Source: an uncultured delta proteobacterium (GTDB taxonomy: Bacteria; Desulfobacterota; Binatia; UBA9968). From it: 64,000 nt of DNA. Shown one piece after another: positions 8,899 through 19,424 of the stretch. Below the pieces are notes generated by a model. The model was not told the DNA's origin, did no database searches, and saw nothing but the letters and a program-made list of their open reading frames with translations. Both the position numbers and the translations under genes were made by a program. Location of the stretch: assembly GCA_963847445.1 (NCBI GenBank), contig CAWJZV010000024.1:183671-247670 (forward strand), read 5' to 3'. Every line of letters starts with the position of its first letter. Position 1 is the stretch's first letter.

Positions 8899-9533
8899 AG
8901 CTCATTGGCAAAGCAGCGATCGCACTTGGGCTTGCGGCATACCTGCTAACTCCGCGGGCATCGAGCCAAGCGGCTCAACCCAGTGCGATGGCCGCGCAAA
9001 GCGAACAGGAAGCCGGCGAGCGCTGGGAGAAACTGTCGCCGCAGGAAAAATCGGAAATGCGCGAGCGCTACCAGCGCTGGAAAAATCTTGATCCAAAGGA
9101 AAAAGCCGACCTGCAGGACAAGTTCGACAACTGGCGCAAACTCCCGTCGGACGAGCGGGCTGCCGCACGGAGAAATTTCGAGCGCTTTCAGAAACTCCCG
9201 CCGGAGGATCGCGAGCGCTTGCAAAAACGCTGGGAAGAGTATCGCAAGCTGTCGCCCGAACGGCGTGAAGAGATCAAACGGCGCATGCAGGCGTTGCGCG
9301 ACATGTCACCAGAGAAGCGCCAGGAACTGCGCCAAAAGCTGTTGGAGCGGCGCCAGCAGCGCGTCGAAGAGAAGCTAGAGCGGCGCGAGCAGAGGCGCGA
9401 GCATTTCGACAAGATGCCGCTCCAAGAAAAGCAGGAGCTAAGGGAAAAACTTCGCGAGCGCAAAGAACAGAGCAGGTTTGAAGAAAAGCGGCGCTTCCGC
9501 GACAAGTCGCAAGGCGGCAGAGACAAGGAGTAG
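8895..9533 (+). CDS. DUF3106-like periplasmic helical-repeat protein
   Basis: Signal peptide and repeated [WF]xxL[SP]PE[EK][RK] units. Confidence 0.8.
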   Translation: MKLIGKAAIALGLAAYLLTPRASSQAAQPSAMAAQSEQEAGERWEKLSPQEKSEMRERYQRWKNLDPKEKADLQDKFDNWRKLPSDERAAARRNFERFQKLPPEDRERLQKRWEEYRKLSPERREEIKRRMQALRDMSPEKRQELRQKLLERRQQRVEEKLERREQRREHFDKMPLQEKQELREKLRERKEQSRFEEKRRFRDKSQGGRDKE

Positions 9534-9536
9534 CCT

Positions 9537-10968
9537 TTGAACACGCCCCTCAGCCAAGAGCAAAAGATTATCCACTTTCTAAACCGCACGAGCTTCGGGC
9601 CAACTCAAGTGGAAATCCAAAGAGCCGGCCGCATCGGCACCCGCGCCTATCTTGACGAACAGCTCACGCCGGAACGGATTGCGGACAATGGCGTCGACGA
9701 AAAAATCGCGGGGTTGAAAACCATGCGGCTTAACAGCCGCGAGCTGATCGAACTCTATCCACCGCCAAGACTACAAAGACAGCAAGCCAACCAGCAGGGC
9801 GGCATGGCCATGGAGTCCATGGACGGCCCGCGCGTCGTCATCCTCGAACTGCAACAGGCCAAGCTTTTGCGCGCGCTCTACAGCAACCGTCAGCTCTACG
9901 AAGTCATGGTGGATTTCTGGGGCAATCATTTCAACATCAATATCGCCAAGGGCGCCAACCGCTGGCTGACCACTGCCTACGATCGCGACACGATCAGGCC
10001 GTTGGCTCTAGGCAAATTTAAGGATTTGTTGATGGCGACGGCAAAAAGCCCGGCGATGCTTTTTTATTTGGACAACTGGATGAGCGCCAGCCCGGATTCG
10101 CCCGGCGCCAAAATGGGCGGGCCGAACAATCGGCGCCGCGGCTTGAACGAAAACTACGCCCGCGAGCTCATGGAATTGCATACTCTCGGCGTCGACGGCG
10201 GTTACACGCCAAAAAGATGTTCAGGAGGTCGCCCGCTGCTTCACCGGCTGGACGATCGTCCAGCCGCAGGGCCAGGGCGTGTTTCGTTTCGAGCCGCGCA
10301 TTCATGACAACGGCGAAAAGACCGTCCTCGGCCAGCGCATTCCGCGCGGCGGCGGCATGGACGATGGTCTGCGCGTCATTGATATACTAGTCAAGCATCC
10401 GTCAACGGCGCACGTTCATCGCGACCAAGTTGGTCCGCCGCTTCATCGCCGACGACCCGCCGCGCGGCGATGGTCAACAAAGCCGCCGAAGCGTTTCGCC
10501 AGAGCGACGGCGATATTCCGACGGTAATGCGCGCCATCGTCGACGCGCCGGAGTTTTTCGCCGGCGAGCTCTATCAGGCCAAGATTAAAAATCCCTTCGA
10601 GTTCGTCGCCAGCGCCCTGCGGGTCACCGGCAGCGACGCCCAGGTGACGCACCAACTGTTGCGTTACTTGGGTCGCATGGGCGAACCGCTATTCCTGGCC
10701 CAAGCGCCCACCGGCTATCCCGACATCGCGGCTTCTTGGATCAGCGCCGATATGTTGCTGACGCGGATGAACTTCGTCGCCGATCTGGTCGCCAACCGTT
10801 TGCCGGGAGCCAAAGTGCCGGTAGAAACGTTGAAGAATCGCGACGGGCTCGATCCGCCGCATCGCGCCGGACTCGCTATCGCCGGCAACCCAAGCCGCCC
10901 TGGCGGAAACCGAGGGCAATCAAGCCATCGCGCTGCTGTTAGCGGCGCCGGAATTTCAAAGGAGATAG
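9537..10968 (+). CDS. DUF1800 family protein (several frameshifts)
   Basis: LNRTSFGP, QLYEVMVDFWGNHFN, SPAMLFYLDN, GLNENYARELMELHTLG, KIKNPFEF, reconstructed end AAPEFQRR*. Confidence 0.87.
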
Positions 10969-10970
10969 AA

Positions 10971-12188
10971 ATGAACTCCTCGCGCCGCCGATTTTTACAG
11001 TCCACCGGTTTGGGATTTCTCGCCCTGGGCTTGCCGCCAGCGTTTCTCGTGCGCATTGCGCAAGCACAAGCGGCAAAGAACAAATCTCTCGTCGTGGTGT
11101 TTCAACGCGGCGCCATGGATGGCTTGAACGTGGTCATTCCGTTCAAGGATCCGGCCTATTACCAACTGCGCCCGAACATCGCTGTGGCTGAGCCGGGAAT
11201 GGGCGAAGAACGGGCCATCGATCTCGATGGCTTTTACGCGCTCCATCCGGCGTTGGCGCCGCTCAAGAGCATCTACGACAAAGGTCATCTGGGTTTTATT
11301 CAGGCAACCGGTTCGCCCGATAACACGCGTTCCCATTTCGACGCCCAGGACTACATGGAAATCGGCACGCCGGGCATTAAAAGCACGCCGGACGGCTGGC
11401 TCAACCGCTGTTTGCTGGAAAACAAGAAAAGTGAATCGCACTTTCGCGGCGTCGCCGTCACCGCGCAACTGCCGCGCATGTTGGCCGGCCGCGCACCGGC
11501 GCTTACGCTGTCGTCCATTGAGGAGTTTCGCTTCCGCAATCAAGCCTTGGGCACGGCTTTGCAGAAGCTCTACGCCAACACCCGGGACAGCGAACTCCGC
11601 TTCGGCGCCGAGAGTCTCTTTGGCGCGATGACCGAGCTCAAACGACTCGATGCCAAAATCCCGCTCTCGGCGGAACGTTACCCGGCGGGTCGATTTGGCA
11701 CAGGTCTGGCGCAGATCGCCCGCTTGATCAAAGCCGATGTCGGTTTGGAACTCGCTTTCACCGAAATCGGCGGCTGGGACACCCACGCCAACGAAGGTGG
11801 CGCCACCGGCCAGCTGGCCAACCGGCTGAAAGAATTGGGTGAAGCACTTGCGGCGTTTTACCGCGACCTCGGCGACCGGATGGACGATGTCGTCCTGCTG
11901 ACGATGTCCGAGTTCGGCCGCACCGCGCGGGAAAATGGCAATCGCGGCACCGACCACGGCCACGCCAACGTCATGTTCGCCATCGGTGGCAAAGTGCGCG
12001 GCGGCAAAGTCTACGGCCGTTGGCCCGGCCTGGCGCCGGAAATGCTTAATGAAGGCAGAGACCTCGCTCTAACCACGGACTTCCGCACGGTCTGCGGCGA
12101 AGTGCTGACACGCCATCTTGGCCAGAAAGACATGAGCAAAATCTTCCCAGGTTTTAGCGCGAGCGCAAAATTGGGACTACTAACTTAG
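10971..12188 (+). CDS. DUF1501 family protein with Tat signal
   Basis: SRRRFLQ twin-arginine signal, FQRGAMDGLN, RSHFDAQD, GGWDTH, SEFGRT, GTDHGH. Confidence 0.9.
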   Translation: MNSSRRRFLQSTGLGFLALGLPPAFLVRIAQAQAAKNKSLVVVFQRGAMDGLNVVIPFKDPAYYQLRPNIAVAEPGMGEERAIDLDGFYALHPALAPLKSIYDKGHLGFIQATGSPDNTRSHFDAQDYMEIGTPGIKSTPDGWLNRCLLENKKSESHFRGVAVTAQLPRMLAGRAPALTLSSIEEFRFRNQALGTALQKLYANTRDSELRFGAESLFGAMTELKRLDAKIPLSAERYPAGRFGTGLAQIARLIKADVGLELAFTEIGGWDTHANEGGATGQLANRLKELGEALAAFYRDLGDRMDDVVLLTMSEFGRTARENGNRGTDHGHANVMFAIGGKVRGGKVYGRWPGLAPEMLNEGRDLALTTDFRTVCGEVLTRHLGQKDMSKIFPGFSASAKLGLLT

Positions 12189-12210
12189 GAGCGCAAGATC
12201 TTGCGCCCTT
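12186..12210. repeat. Palindrome (degenerate GTAG-type REP / bidirectional terminator)
   Basis: TAGGA-GCGCAAGATCTTGCGC-CC between convergent genes. Confidence 0.5.
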
Positions 12211-12213
12211 TCG

Positions 12214-14031
12214 TCACTCCTGTGCGACCGTGGCAGCCGTAACCGCCGCGTCGCGTTCCTGAAAACGATACTGCAAATCGTATAAGCGCGCGTACAAGCC
12301 GCCGCGCGCCAACAATTCCTCGTGATTGCCCTCTTCCCTGATCTCACCGTTGTGAATGACGAGAATCCGGTCGGCGTGTTTGATCGTCGACAAGCGGTGC
12401 GCGACGATCAGTGCCGTGCGATTTTTCAGCAGTTCATTGAGCGCTGCTTGGATCAACCCTTCAGTGTGAGTATCCACCGAGCTGGTCGCCTCATCGAGAA
12501 TGAGAATTTTCGGGTCGAAGGCGAGCGCTCTGGCGAAAGACAATAACTGGCGCTGCCCCTGCGACAAAGTCGAACCGCGCTCTTGGACTTCTTCATGGAA
12601 ACGCTTGGGCAGCTTGTCGATGAACCGGGTGATCTGCGCCCGTGCCGCCGCTTCGACCATGGTCTGTTCGCTAATCCGCGGGTCACCCAAGGTAATGTTG
12701 GTCGCGATGTCGCCGGAAAAGAGAAACACATCCTGCAACACCAGACCTAAATGGCGGCGCAGCACCTGCTTGTTCCACTCCCGGACATCGATGCCGTCGA
12801 CGAGAATCTGCCCGCTGTCGACATCGTAGAAGCGGCAGAGGGCGGAGATGATCGAAGTCTTGCCGCCGCCGGTGGCGCCCACCAGTGCGATTTTTTCGCC
12901 CGGCCGCACGCGAAAAGAAATATTTCTTAGCACCGGATCGCCCGGCTGGTAGGAGAGCTGGACGTTTTTGAATTCGACCGCACCGGCGAACTTTTCAGCG
13001 CGCTTGGGTTGTCCTGGGTTCTTGACCGTCTCCGGTTGATCGAGCAAGAGAAAAATCCGTTCCGACGAGGCCATGGCGGCTTGCATGATGTTGTATTTCT
13101 CCGCCAGGTCGCGGATCGGTTGGTACATCCGCTGAATGTACTGGAGGAACGCCACCAGCACGCCGGCTTCGACGGCATGGTCCAAAACCTGAAATCCGCC
13201 GTACCAGAGCAGCAAACCGACGGAAATCGCGCTGAACACTTCGATGACCGGAAAGAATACGGCGTTGTTGCGAATGCTCTGCAACAAGACATCGCGATAG
13301 TTGAGATTGATCTGTTGAAAGCGCCGATACATCCGCTCCTCCTGGCCAAAGGCTTGCACCGTCGCCACGCCGGCGATGTTTTCCTGCAAGCCGGCGTTGA
13401 GCCGGCCAAGAATCAGCCGGCTCTGGCGGTAGACCTCGCGGGCGCGCCGGCGATAGAAGCGGCTGAGAAAAATAATCACCGGAAACGCCGCCAGGCAGAC
13501 CAGCGCCAGTTGCCAGTTGAGCCAAAGCATCACCGCCGCGATCCCGAAAACGATCGAGACGTCGCCGAGAAGACCGACGACGCCGGTGCTGAATAGTTCG
13601 TTCAGCGTCTCGACATCGTTGATCGTCCGGGTCATCAGCCGGCCGACGGCGTTGCGATCGAAATAGGCCAGGTCCTGCTTTTGTAAATGGCTGAAGATCT
13701 CCAGACGCAGATCATGCATCGCGCGCTGGCCGATATACTCGGTGGTGTAGGTCTGGATAAACAACACGACAAAGCCGCACACGACGACCCCGAGATAGGC
13801 CAACGCCATCAAATCGAGGCCGGGAATATCTCCGGTGGCGACATACCGGTCGATGGCAATCTTGGTGATATAGGGACCGAGTAGCTGCGTGCCGGTCTGC
13901 AGCAACAAAAAGACAAACGCCACCGCGAGCAGCTTCCAATAGGGCCGCAGGTAGCGCAGGATGCGCGCCATCAAGCGCGCGTCGTAGGCCTTGCCGAGAA
14001 TCTCCTCATCGGGAAGCTGCGCGCCGATCAT
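12214..14031 (-). CDS. ABC exporter permease/ATPase (MdlB-like half)
   Basis: TM domain, GATGGGKT, LSQGQRQ, LILDEATS. Confidence 0.93.
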   Translation of the reverse strand: MIGAQLPDEEILGKAYDARLMARILRYLRPYWKLLAVAFVFLLLQTGTQLLGPYITKIAIDRYVATGDIPGLDLMALAYLGVVVCGFVVLFIQTYTTEYIGQRAMHDLRLEIFSHLQKQDLAYFDRNAVGRLMTRTINDVETLNELFSTGVVGLLGDVSIVFGIAAVMLWLNWQLALVCLAAFPVIIFLSRFYRRRAREVYRQSRLILGRLNAGLQENIAGVATVQAFGQEERMYRRFQQINLNYRDVLLQSIRNNAVFFPVIEVFSAISVGLLLWYGGFQVLDHAVEAGVLVAFLQYIQRMYQPIRDLAEKYNIMQAAMASSERIFLLLDQPETVKNPGQPKRAEKFAGAVEFKNVQLSYQPGDPVLRNISFRVRPGEKIALVGATGGGKTSIISALCRFYDVDSGQILVDGIDVREWNKQVLRRHLGLVLQDVFLFSGDIATNITLGDPRISEQTMVEAAARAQITRFIDKLPKRFHEEVQERGSTLSQGQRQLLSFARALAFDPKILILDEATSSVDTHTEGLIQAALNELLKNRTALIVAHRLSTIKHADRILVIHNGEIREEGNHEELLARGGLYARLYDLQYRFQERDAAVTAATVAQE

Positions 14032-15839
14032 CGCTGCCCATCCTCAAGCATCAAGCTGGCGACTTCCCGTTCCAAGCTCTGGCGCCGGTACAAGCTGAAA
14101 TAAGCGCCGCGCTGCGCCAGGAGTTCGTCATGAGTACCCTGCTCGATGATCTCACCGCCGCGCAGGTAGATGATGATGTCGGCGTCGCGCACGGTCGAGA
14201 TCCGGTGGGAAATCAAAAGTGTCGTCCGGCCGCGCATGAACTGTTTGAGCTCGCGCAGAATCTCTTCTTCGGTCTCGACATCGACGCTGGAAAAAGCGTC
14301 GTCAAGAATCAGAATCGGCGGATTTTTTATCAACGCCCGCGCCAGCGCGGTGCGCTGCTTCTGTCCGCCCGACAGGCGCACGCCGCGCTCGCCGATGATG
14401 GTGTCGAAGCCGGCGCCAAAAGACTCGATGGCCGGCAGCAATTGGGCGATGCGCGACGCCTCTTCGACGCGCGCCAACGCGCCATTCTCGACGCCCAGTA
14501 AAATATTTTCTCGCACCGATCCCGAGAAAAGAAAAATATCCTGCGAGACGTAGCCGACGGCGTCCTCCAGCTGGCGTAACGGCATCCGGCGAATATCGAT
14601 ACCATCGATGAGAATCGAATTCTCCGCCGGCTCATAAAGCCGCAGCATAAGATTGACCAGCGTGCTCTTGCCCGATCCGGTCTCGCCGATGATGCCGCAG
14701 ACCTTGCCGGCGGCAACATGCAAATTAATATTGCGCAGCTCCGGCGCTTGGCCGGCGCCGTAGGAGAAAGTCAAATTGCGCAACTCAATATCGCCACGCA
14801 CGGCCTGTGCCGTCGCCAAACTCGCAGGACTGGCATAGCGCGCGCCGACCGGCGTATCCAGAACTTCGGCAATCCGCGTCAACGCCGCTGTGCCGCGCTG
14901 ATATTGATTGGCGGTATAGCCGATCGCCATGAGCGGCCAGGTAAGCATCGCCAGATAGCCGTTGAAAGCGACGTATTCGCCCAGGCTCATGGTTCCCGCC
15001 AATACTTGGCGCCCGCCGAGCCAGAGCACGATGGTTGCGGCGATGCCGGCGTGGACCTGCATGAGCGGCCAGAATATCCCCCACAGCGTCGCCAGCCACA
15101 TGGTCTTCTTCCGGTACTCGGAGCTGATGCGATCAAAGCCGCGGATTTGATTTTCTTCCTGAGCGTAAGCTTGAACGACCCGGATGCCGGAAAAGTTCTC
15201 CAGCGTATAGGCGCTCATCTCGCTCAGTTGATCCTGGGTCGCGCGCGACCAGCGGAAAATATGCCGGCCGAAGAAGCGCACGACGATCGGAATGAACGGC
15301 ATCGCCATCATCGACCACAAGGCCAACCAAGGATCGATAGCGATCATCAGCGTCAAACTGAAAAGAATCACCACCAGCGCATCGACGATCGCCAGCGAGC
15401 CGAATCCCATGAGCTCGCGCACCGCATGGATGTCGTTGGTCAGGCGCGACATCAGGTCGCCGATCTTGTTGTACTGAAAATAACTGAGCGGCAGCTTCTG
15501 CAGATGGGCAAACACCACGTCGCGCAAATCGGCCTCGCAGCGGCGCGAGAAGCCATGAATATTGATGCGCCAACAGTAGCGGAAAAACCCTTGCAGCGAC
15601 GCCGCGCCAAGTATCAGCAGCGGGTAACTCAGCAGCGACACGTTGCCATCCTTGGCGCGCAACGCCGTGTCGATGCCGCCCTTGATCAACCACGGCAAGG
15701 CGATGCCGGCGAGATCGGTGGCGATCAGGGAAACAACGCCGAGCAGGAGCAGCCGGCGGTAGCGGTCAATGAGAAACTTGACCCGGTGGTAGTAGCGAAG
15801 AATCTCTCTATCCTTTGGTTCGCGGTCGGTATGCGCCAA
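14028..15839 (-). CDS. ABC exporter permease/ATPase (MdlA-like half, degenerate site)
   Basis: TM domain, GETGSGKS, LSGGQKQR, LILDDAFS; ATGA overlap with partner. Confidence 0.93.
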   Translation of the reverse strand: MAHTDREPKDREILRYYHRVKFLIDRYRRLLLLGVVSLIATDLAGIALPWLIKGGIDTALRAKDGNVSLLSYPLLILGAASLQGFFRYCWRINIHGFSRRCEADLRDVVFAHLQKLPLSYFQYNKIGDLMSRLTNDIHAVRELMGFGSLAIVDALVVILFSLTLMIAIDPWLALWSMMAMPFIPIVVRFFGRHIFRWSRATQDQLSEMSAYTLENFSGIRVVQAYAQEENQIRGFDRISSEYRKKTMWLATLWGIFWPLMQVHAGIAATIVLWLGGRQVLAGTMSLGEYVAFNGYLAMLTWPLMAIGYTANQYQRGTAALTRIAEVLDTPVGARYASPASLATAQAVRGDIELRNLTFSYGAGQAPELRNINLHVAAGKVCGIIGETGSGKSTLVNLMLRLYEPAENSILIDGIDIRRMPLRQLEDAVGYVSQDIFLFSGSVRENILLGVENGALARVEEASRIAQLLPAIESFGAGFDTIIGERGVRLSGGQKQRTALARALIKNPPILILDDAFSSVDVETEEEILRELKQFMRGRTTLLISHRISTVRDADIIIYLRGGEIIEQGTHDELLAQRGAYFSLYRRQSLEREVASLMLEDGQR

Positions 15840-15857
15840 CGATGAAAAATTTTGATC

Positions 15858-15947
15858 TCACCACGAAGGCACGAAGGACACGAAGGGTTCAGAGAATTCG
15901 GACAATTTAAACTCCGACCTTCGTGATCTTCGTACTCCTATGCTGAA
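15858..15947. repeat. CACGAAG-family palindromic element, copy 1 (degenerate right arm)
   Basis: TCACCACGAAGGCACGAAGGACACGAAGG...CCTTCGTGATCTTCGT. Confidence 0.8.
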
Positions 15948-16005
15948 TAGTTGTCTCCGTCTGCGCAAATTTTCCGGTGCCAGGAATACTAGAACGTGGG
16001 ATGGA

Positions 16006-16116
16006 CTCTCGCAAAGGCGCAAAGCTCGCGAAGTTCGGAGGGAAGAGATGAATTATCTTGAAGAATTTATTCACCGTTATTTTCCGACCTTTGCGGCCTT
16101 TGCGTCTTTGCGAGAG
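16006..16116. repeat. CGCAAAG-family palindromic element
   Basis: CTCTCGCAAAGGCGCAAAGCTCGCGAAGTTCGGA...TCCGACCTTTGCGGCCTTTGCGTCTTTGCGAGAG. Confidence 0.78.
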
Positions 16117-16208
16117 ATATTCCGAGTTTCGGTTGCGGCTTGCCGCGCTAGGTCCTTCGTGGTGAATGTTTTTCACCCAATTTAGCTGCAGCTCTTCCGC
16201 ACTAGGGT

Positions 16209-17594
16209 CTAGTCTCGTGTCACCGCATGCTGGCTATGAATCTCCGCCCACGCGCCGTCCATGAGCTTTTCCATGACTGCGGTCAGTGACGCAAGCGGCA
16301 CGCGAATCTGCTGCATGTTGTCGCGGTCGCGAATCGTTACTTTGCCATCGGCGGCGGCCTTGTCATCGCCGACGGTTTGGACGTCCACGGTGACGCAGAA
16401 CGGCGTGCCGACTTCGTCTTGGCGGCGGTAGAGTCTGCCGATGGACGCCGTGTCGTCGTACACCGAATGCCAGCGCTTGCGCAGATCGGCGCACAGCTTA
16501 TGCGCGGTCTCGACGATCTGAGCATTTTTCTTCAACAGCGGTAGCACCGCGATTTTGATCGGCGCCAGCTCGGGATGAAAGTTCAGCACCACGCGCTTCT
16601 CTCCCTTCACCTCGTCCTCGCGATAAGCATCGACGAGAAACGCCAAGGTGCCGCGGTCGGCGCCGGCCGACGGCTCGATGACGAAGGGAACTATTTTTTG
16701 TTTGCTCTCTTCGTCGAAGTATTCCAGCGTCTTGCCGCTGAACTGGGCATGCTGCTTCAGATCGAAGTCGGTGCGGTTGGCGACTCCCTCCAGTTCGCTC
16801 CAACCCATCGGAAAAAGATACTCGATGTCGGCGGTGCGTTTGGCGTAATGCGCCAGTTCGTCTTTCTCATGCTCGCGCAGCCGCAGGTTCTCCTTGCGAA
16901 TGCCGTATTTCGGATACCAGGCGAAGCGCTCGTCGAGCCAGCGCTGGTGCCAAGCTTCATCGGTCCCCGGCATTACGAAAAATTCAATTTCCATCTGCTC
17001 GAATTCGCGGGTGCGAAAAGTGAAATTTCCCGGCGTGATCTCGTTGCGGAAGGACTTGCCGATCTGGGCGATGCCGAAGGGCAGCTTCAAGCGCATCGAT
17101 TGCTGGACATTTTCAAAATTGACGAAAATCCCCTGGGCCGTCTCCGGGCGCAGATAGGCGACCGCGGCATCGTCTTCCACCGGCCCCATGAAAGTCTTGA
17201 ACATCAGATTGAACATGCGCGGTTCGGTGAGCTGGCAAGCGTCGTGCTGCCCAGGCTGTTTCGACGGCTTTTGCGGGCAACGCGCGTCCTCCAGTTTGTC
17301 GGCGCGAAAACGCCCCTTGCACAGCTTGCAATCGACCATCGGGTCGGTGAAGTGGTCCAAATGACCGCTCGCCTGCCAGACTCGCGGATGCATCAGAATC
17401 GACGCATCGAGCCCGACCATATCGCCGCGGCTCTGCACGCAGTCGCGCCACCAAGCGCGCTTGACGTTGTTCTTGAGCTCGACCCCGAGCGGCCCATAAT
17501 CCCAACAAGAGCCGGTGCCGCCATAAATCTCACTCGACTGAAAAATAAACCCGCGCCGCTTGCACAGCGACACGATCTTGTCCATTTCGACCAT
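16209..17594 (-). CDS. glyQS: Glycine--tRNA ligase (alpha2 dimeric type)
   Basis: [61 protein letters not shown]-like anticodon domain. Confidence 0.96.
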   Translation of the reverse strand: MVEMDKIVSLCKRRGFIFQSSEIYGGTGSCWDYGPLGVELKNNVKRAWWRDCVQSRGDMVGLDASILMHPRVWQASGHLDHFTDPMVDCKLCKGRFRADKLEDARCPQKPSKQPGQHDACQLTEPRMFNLMFKTFMGPVEDDAAVAYLRPETAQGIFVNFENVQQSMRLKLPFGIAQIGKSFRNEITPGNFTFRTREFEQMEIEFFVMPGTDEAWHQRWLDERFAWYPKYGIRKENLRLREHEKDELAHYAKRTADIEYLFPMGWSELEGVANRTDFDLKQHAQFSGKTLEYFDEESKQKIVPFVIEPSAGADRGTLAFLVDAYREDEVKGEKRVVLNFHPELAPIKIAVLPLLKKNAQIVETAHKLCADLRKRWHSVYDDTASIGRLYRRQDEVGTPFCVTVDVQTVGDDKAAADGKVTIRDRDNMQQIRVPLASLTAVMEKLMDGAWAEIHSQHAVTRD

Positions 17595-17719
17595 TAAGAA
17601 ATCCTATCTAGCGATGAATGGCATTACTTTAAGGGATGCAACAAAGAGAGTCAAAAAGCGCCAAAAACCGGTTCGTGGCGGTTAATACTGCGCAATCGTG
17701 ATGCCGCGGCCGCTGCGAA

Positions 17720-18525
17720 CTACCAGCCCAGCATGTCCTGCATCCCGTACAATCCGGGCTTTTGCCGCGCCAACCATTGCGCCGCGCGGATGGCGCCGTG
17801 GGCGAAGGTGTCGCGGCTGTGGGCGCGATGGATAAATTCAAGCCGCTCGCCAATGCCGCCAAAAATAACCGTGTGCTCACCGACGATATCACCGGCGCGA
17901 ACCGACAAGAGAGCTATTTCTTTTTTGCTGCGCGCGCCGACCATGCCCTTGCGGCCGTTGATGCCGACTTTGTTTAGATCGCGATTGAGCGCAGTGGCGA
18001 CCGAGCGGCCCAGCGCCAAAGCCGTGCCGCTGGGCGCGTCTTTCTTGAAGCGGTGATGCGCTTCGACGATCTCGACGTCATAGTCGTCGCCAAGCATCTT
18101 GGCGGCTTTGCCTAAAAGCGCAACCAAGACATTCACACCCAAACTGGTGTTCGCCGACAATAATGTCGGAGTTCGCCGGGCCAGCCGCTTGACGGCGCTC
18201 AACTGTTTGGTATCGAAGCCGGTGGTCGCAATGACGATGGGGATGCGCAGCTTCGCCGCGGCTGTTAGAAAACCGAGGGAAGCTTCCGGGTTGGTAAAAT
18301 CGATGATCACTGAGTTGGTTTTGAGCGCGGGTGCGATCCGTTCGCTGACGGTAACGCCAAGCTTGCCGAATACCGGAGATTTCGCCGGCATCCTTGCCGA
18401 TGCGCTTGCTTCCTGGCTCTATCGATGGCGGCAACGACTTCGATACCAGCGGACTGCTGCACCGCGCGGATCACCGCGCCGCCCATGCGCCCGCCGACAC
18501 CGCAAACGATAATTCCCAGTGCCAT
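17720..18525 (-). CDS. dapB: 4-hydroxy-tetrahydrodipicolinate reductase (frameshifts ~18390-18420)
   Basis: GVGGRMG, IDFT, EAHHRFKKDAPSGTAL, RAGDIVGEH. Confidence 0.93.
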
Positions 18526-19411
18526 CTAGTTTTGCAGCAGCCCAAAATCGCCGAGGGCTACTTTTAGGCGCTGCAAATTGCCCTCAGCCATCGGCGTCAT
18601 CGGCAAACGCAGTTCGCCGCTGCACTTGCCCATCAGCGCCAGCGCGGTTTTCACCGGGATCGGGTTGGTTTCGATGAACAGGCTGCGGATCAGCGGAATC
18701 AGTTGGAATTGCAAGTCTTGCGCGGCCTCGTCCCATCTGCCTGCCAGACAAGCTGCGGCAAGTTGCGCGGTCTGCTTCGGCGCGACGTTGGCGCAACCGT
18801 CGAGATCACGCCCTTTGCCGCCGAGAGACATGAGCGAATAAATCAACGAATCTTCGCCGGAGTAGACCGCCAGACGGTCGCCGCACAGGCGAATCACGTC
18901 GATGGCTTGGTCCACCGAACCGGTGGCTTCCTTGACGCCGGCGACGTTCTTGATTTCGGCAAGTCGCGCCAATGTCTCGGGTTCGATCTTCGAACCGGTG
19001 CGGCCCGGGATGTTGTAGACGATCAGCGGGATGCCGACTTCCGAGGCGACTTTCTTGTAATGTTGATAGATGCCTTCCTGGGTCGGCCGGTTGTAGTACG
19101 GCGAGATCATCAGCGCGCCGTCGGCGCCGGATCTTTCCGCTTCCTGGGTTAAGCGCACCGCCTCGTCGGTGGAATTCGATCCCGTGCCGGCGATGACGGG
19201 CACGCGTTTGTTGACGGTTTTAATGACCGGTGCGAATGACCTCGTCGTGCTCGGCGTGACTGAGGGTTGCCGACTCGCCGGTGGTGCCGCAAGGAACAAT
19301 GCCGTTGGTGCCGTTTTCCAGATGAAACTCGACCAGCGCCTCAAGACTCGGCCAGTCGACTTGGCCGTTTTTGAATGGCGTCACCAACGCGACCATCGAA
19401 CCGCTAAACAT
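18526..19411 (-). CDS. dapA: 4-hydroxy-tetrahydrodipicolinate synthase (frameshifted)
   Basis: [40 protein letters not shown]. Confidence 0.94.
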
Positions 19412-19424
19412 AATTTAACTACTC

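Noticed and set aside
10470-12188. DUF1800-DUF1501 fusion ORF of 572 aa
   Set aside because: DUF1800 ends AAPEFQRR* at 10968 in another frame and DUF1501 has its own GGAG RBS, ATG and Tat signal; indel artefact
14718-15845. Long antisense ORFs (also 16575-17597, 21681-22772, 32931-33848, 51136-52149 and others)
   Set aside because: Shadows of real genes caused by high-GC codon bias; no motifs or RBS
15907-16185. Small ORFs with HHEG/TKxTK/FAxFA words
   Set aside because: Translations of the palindromic repeats, not genes
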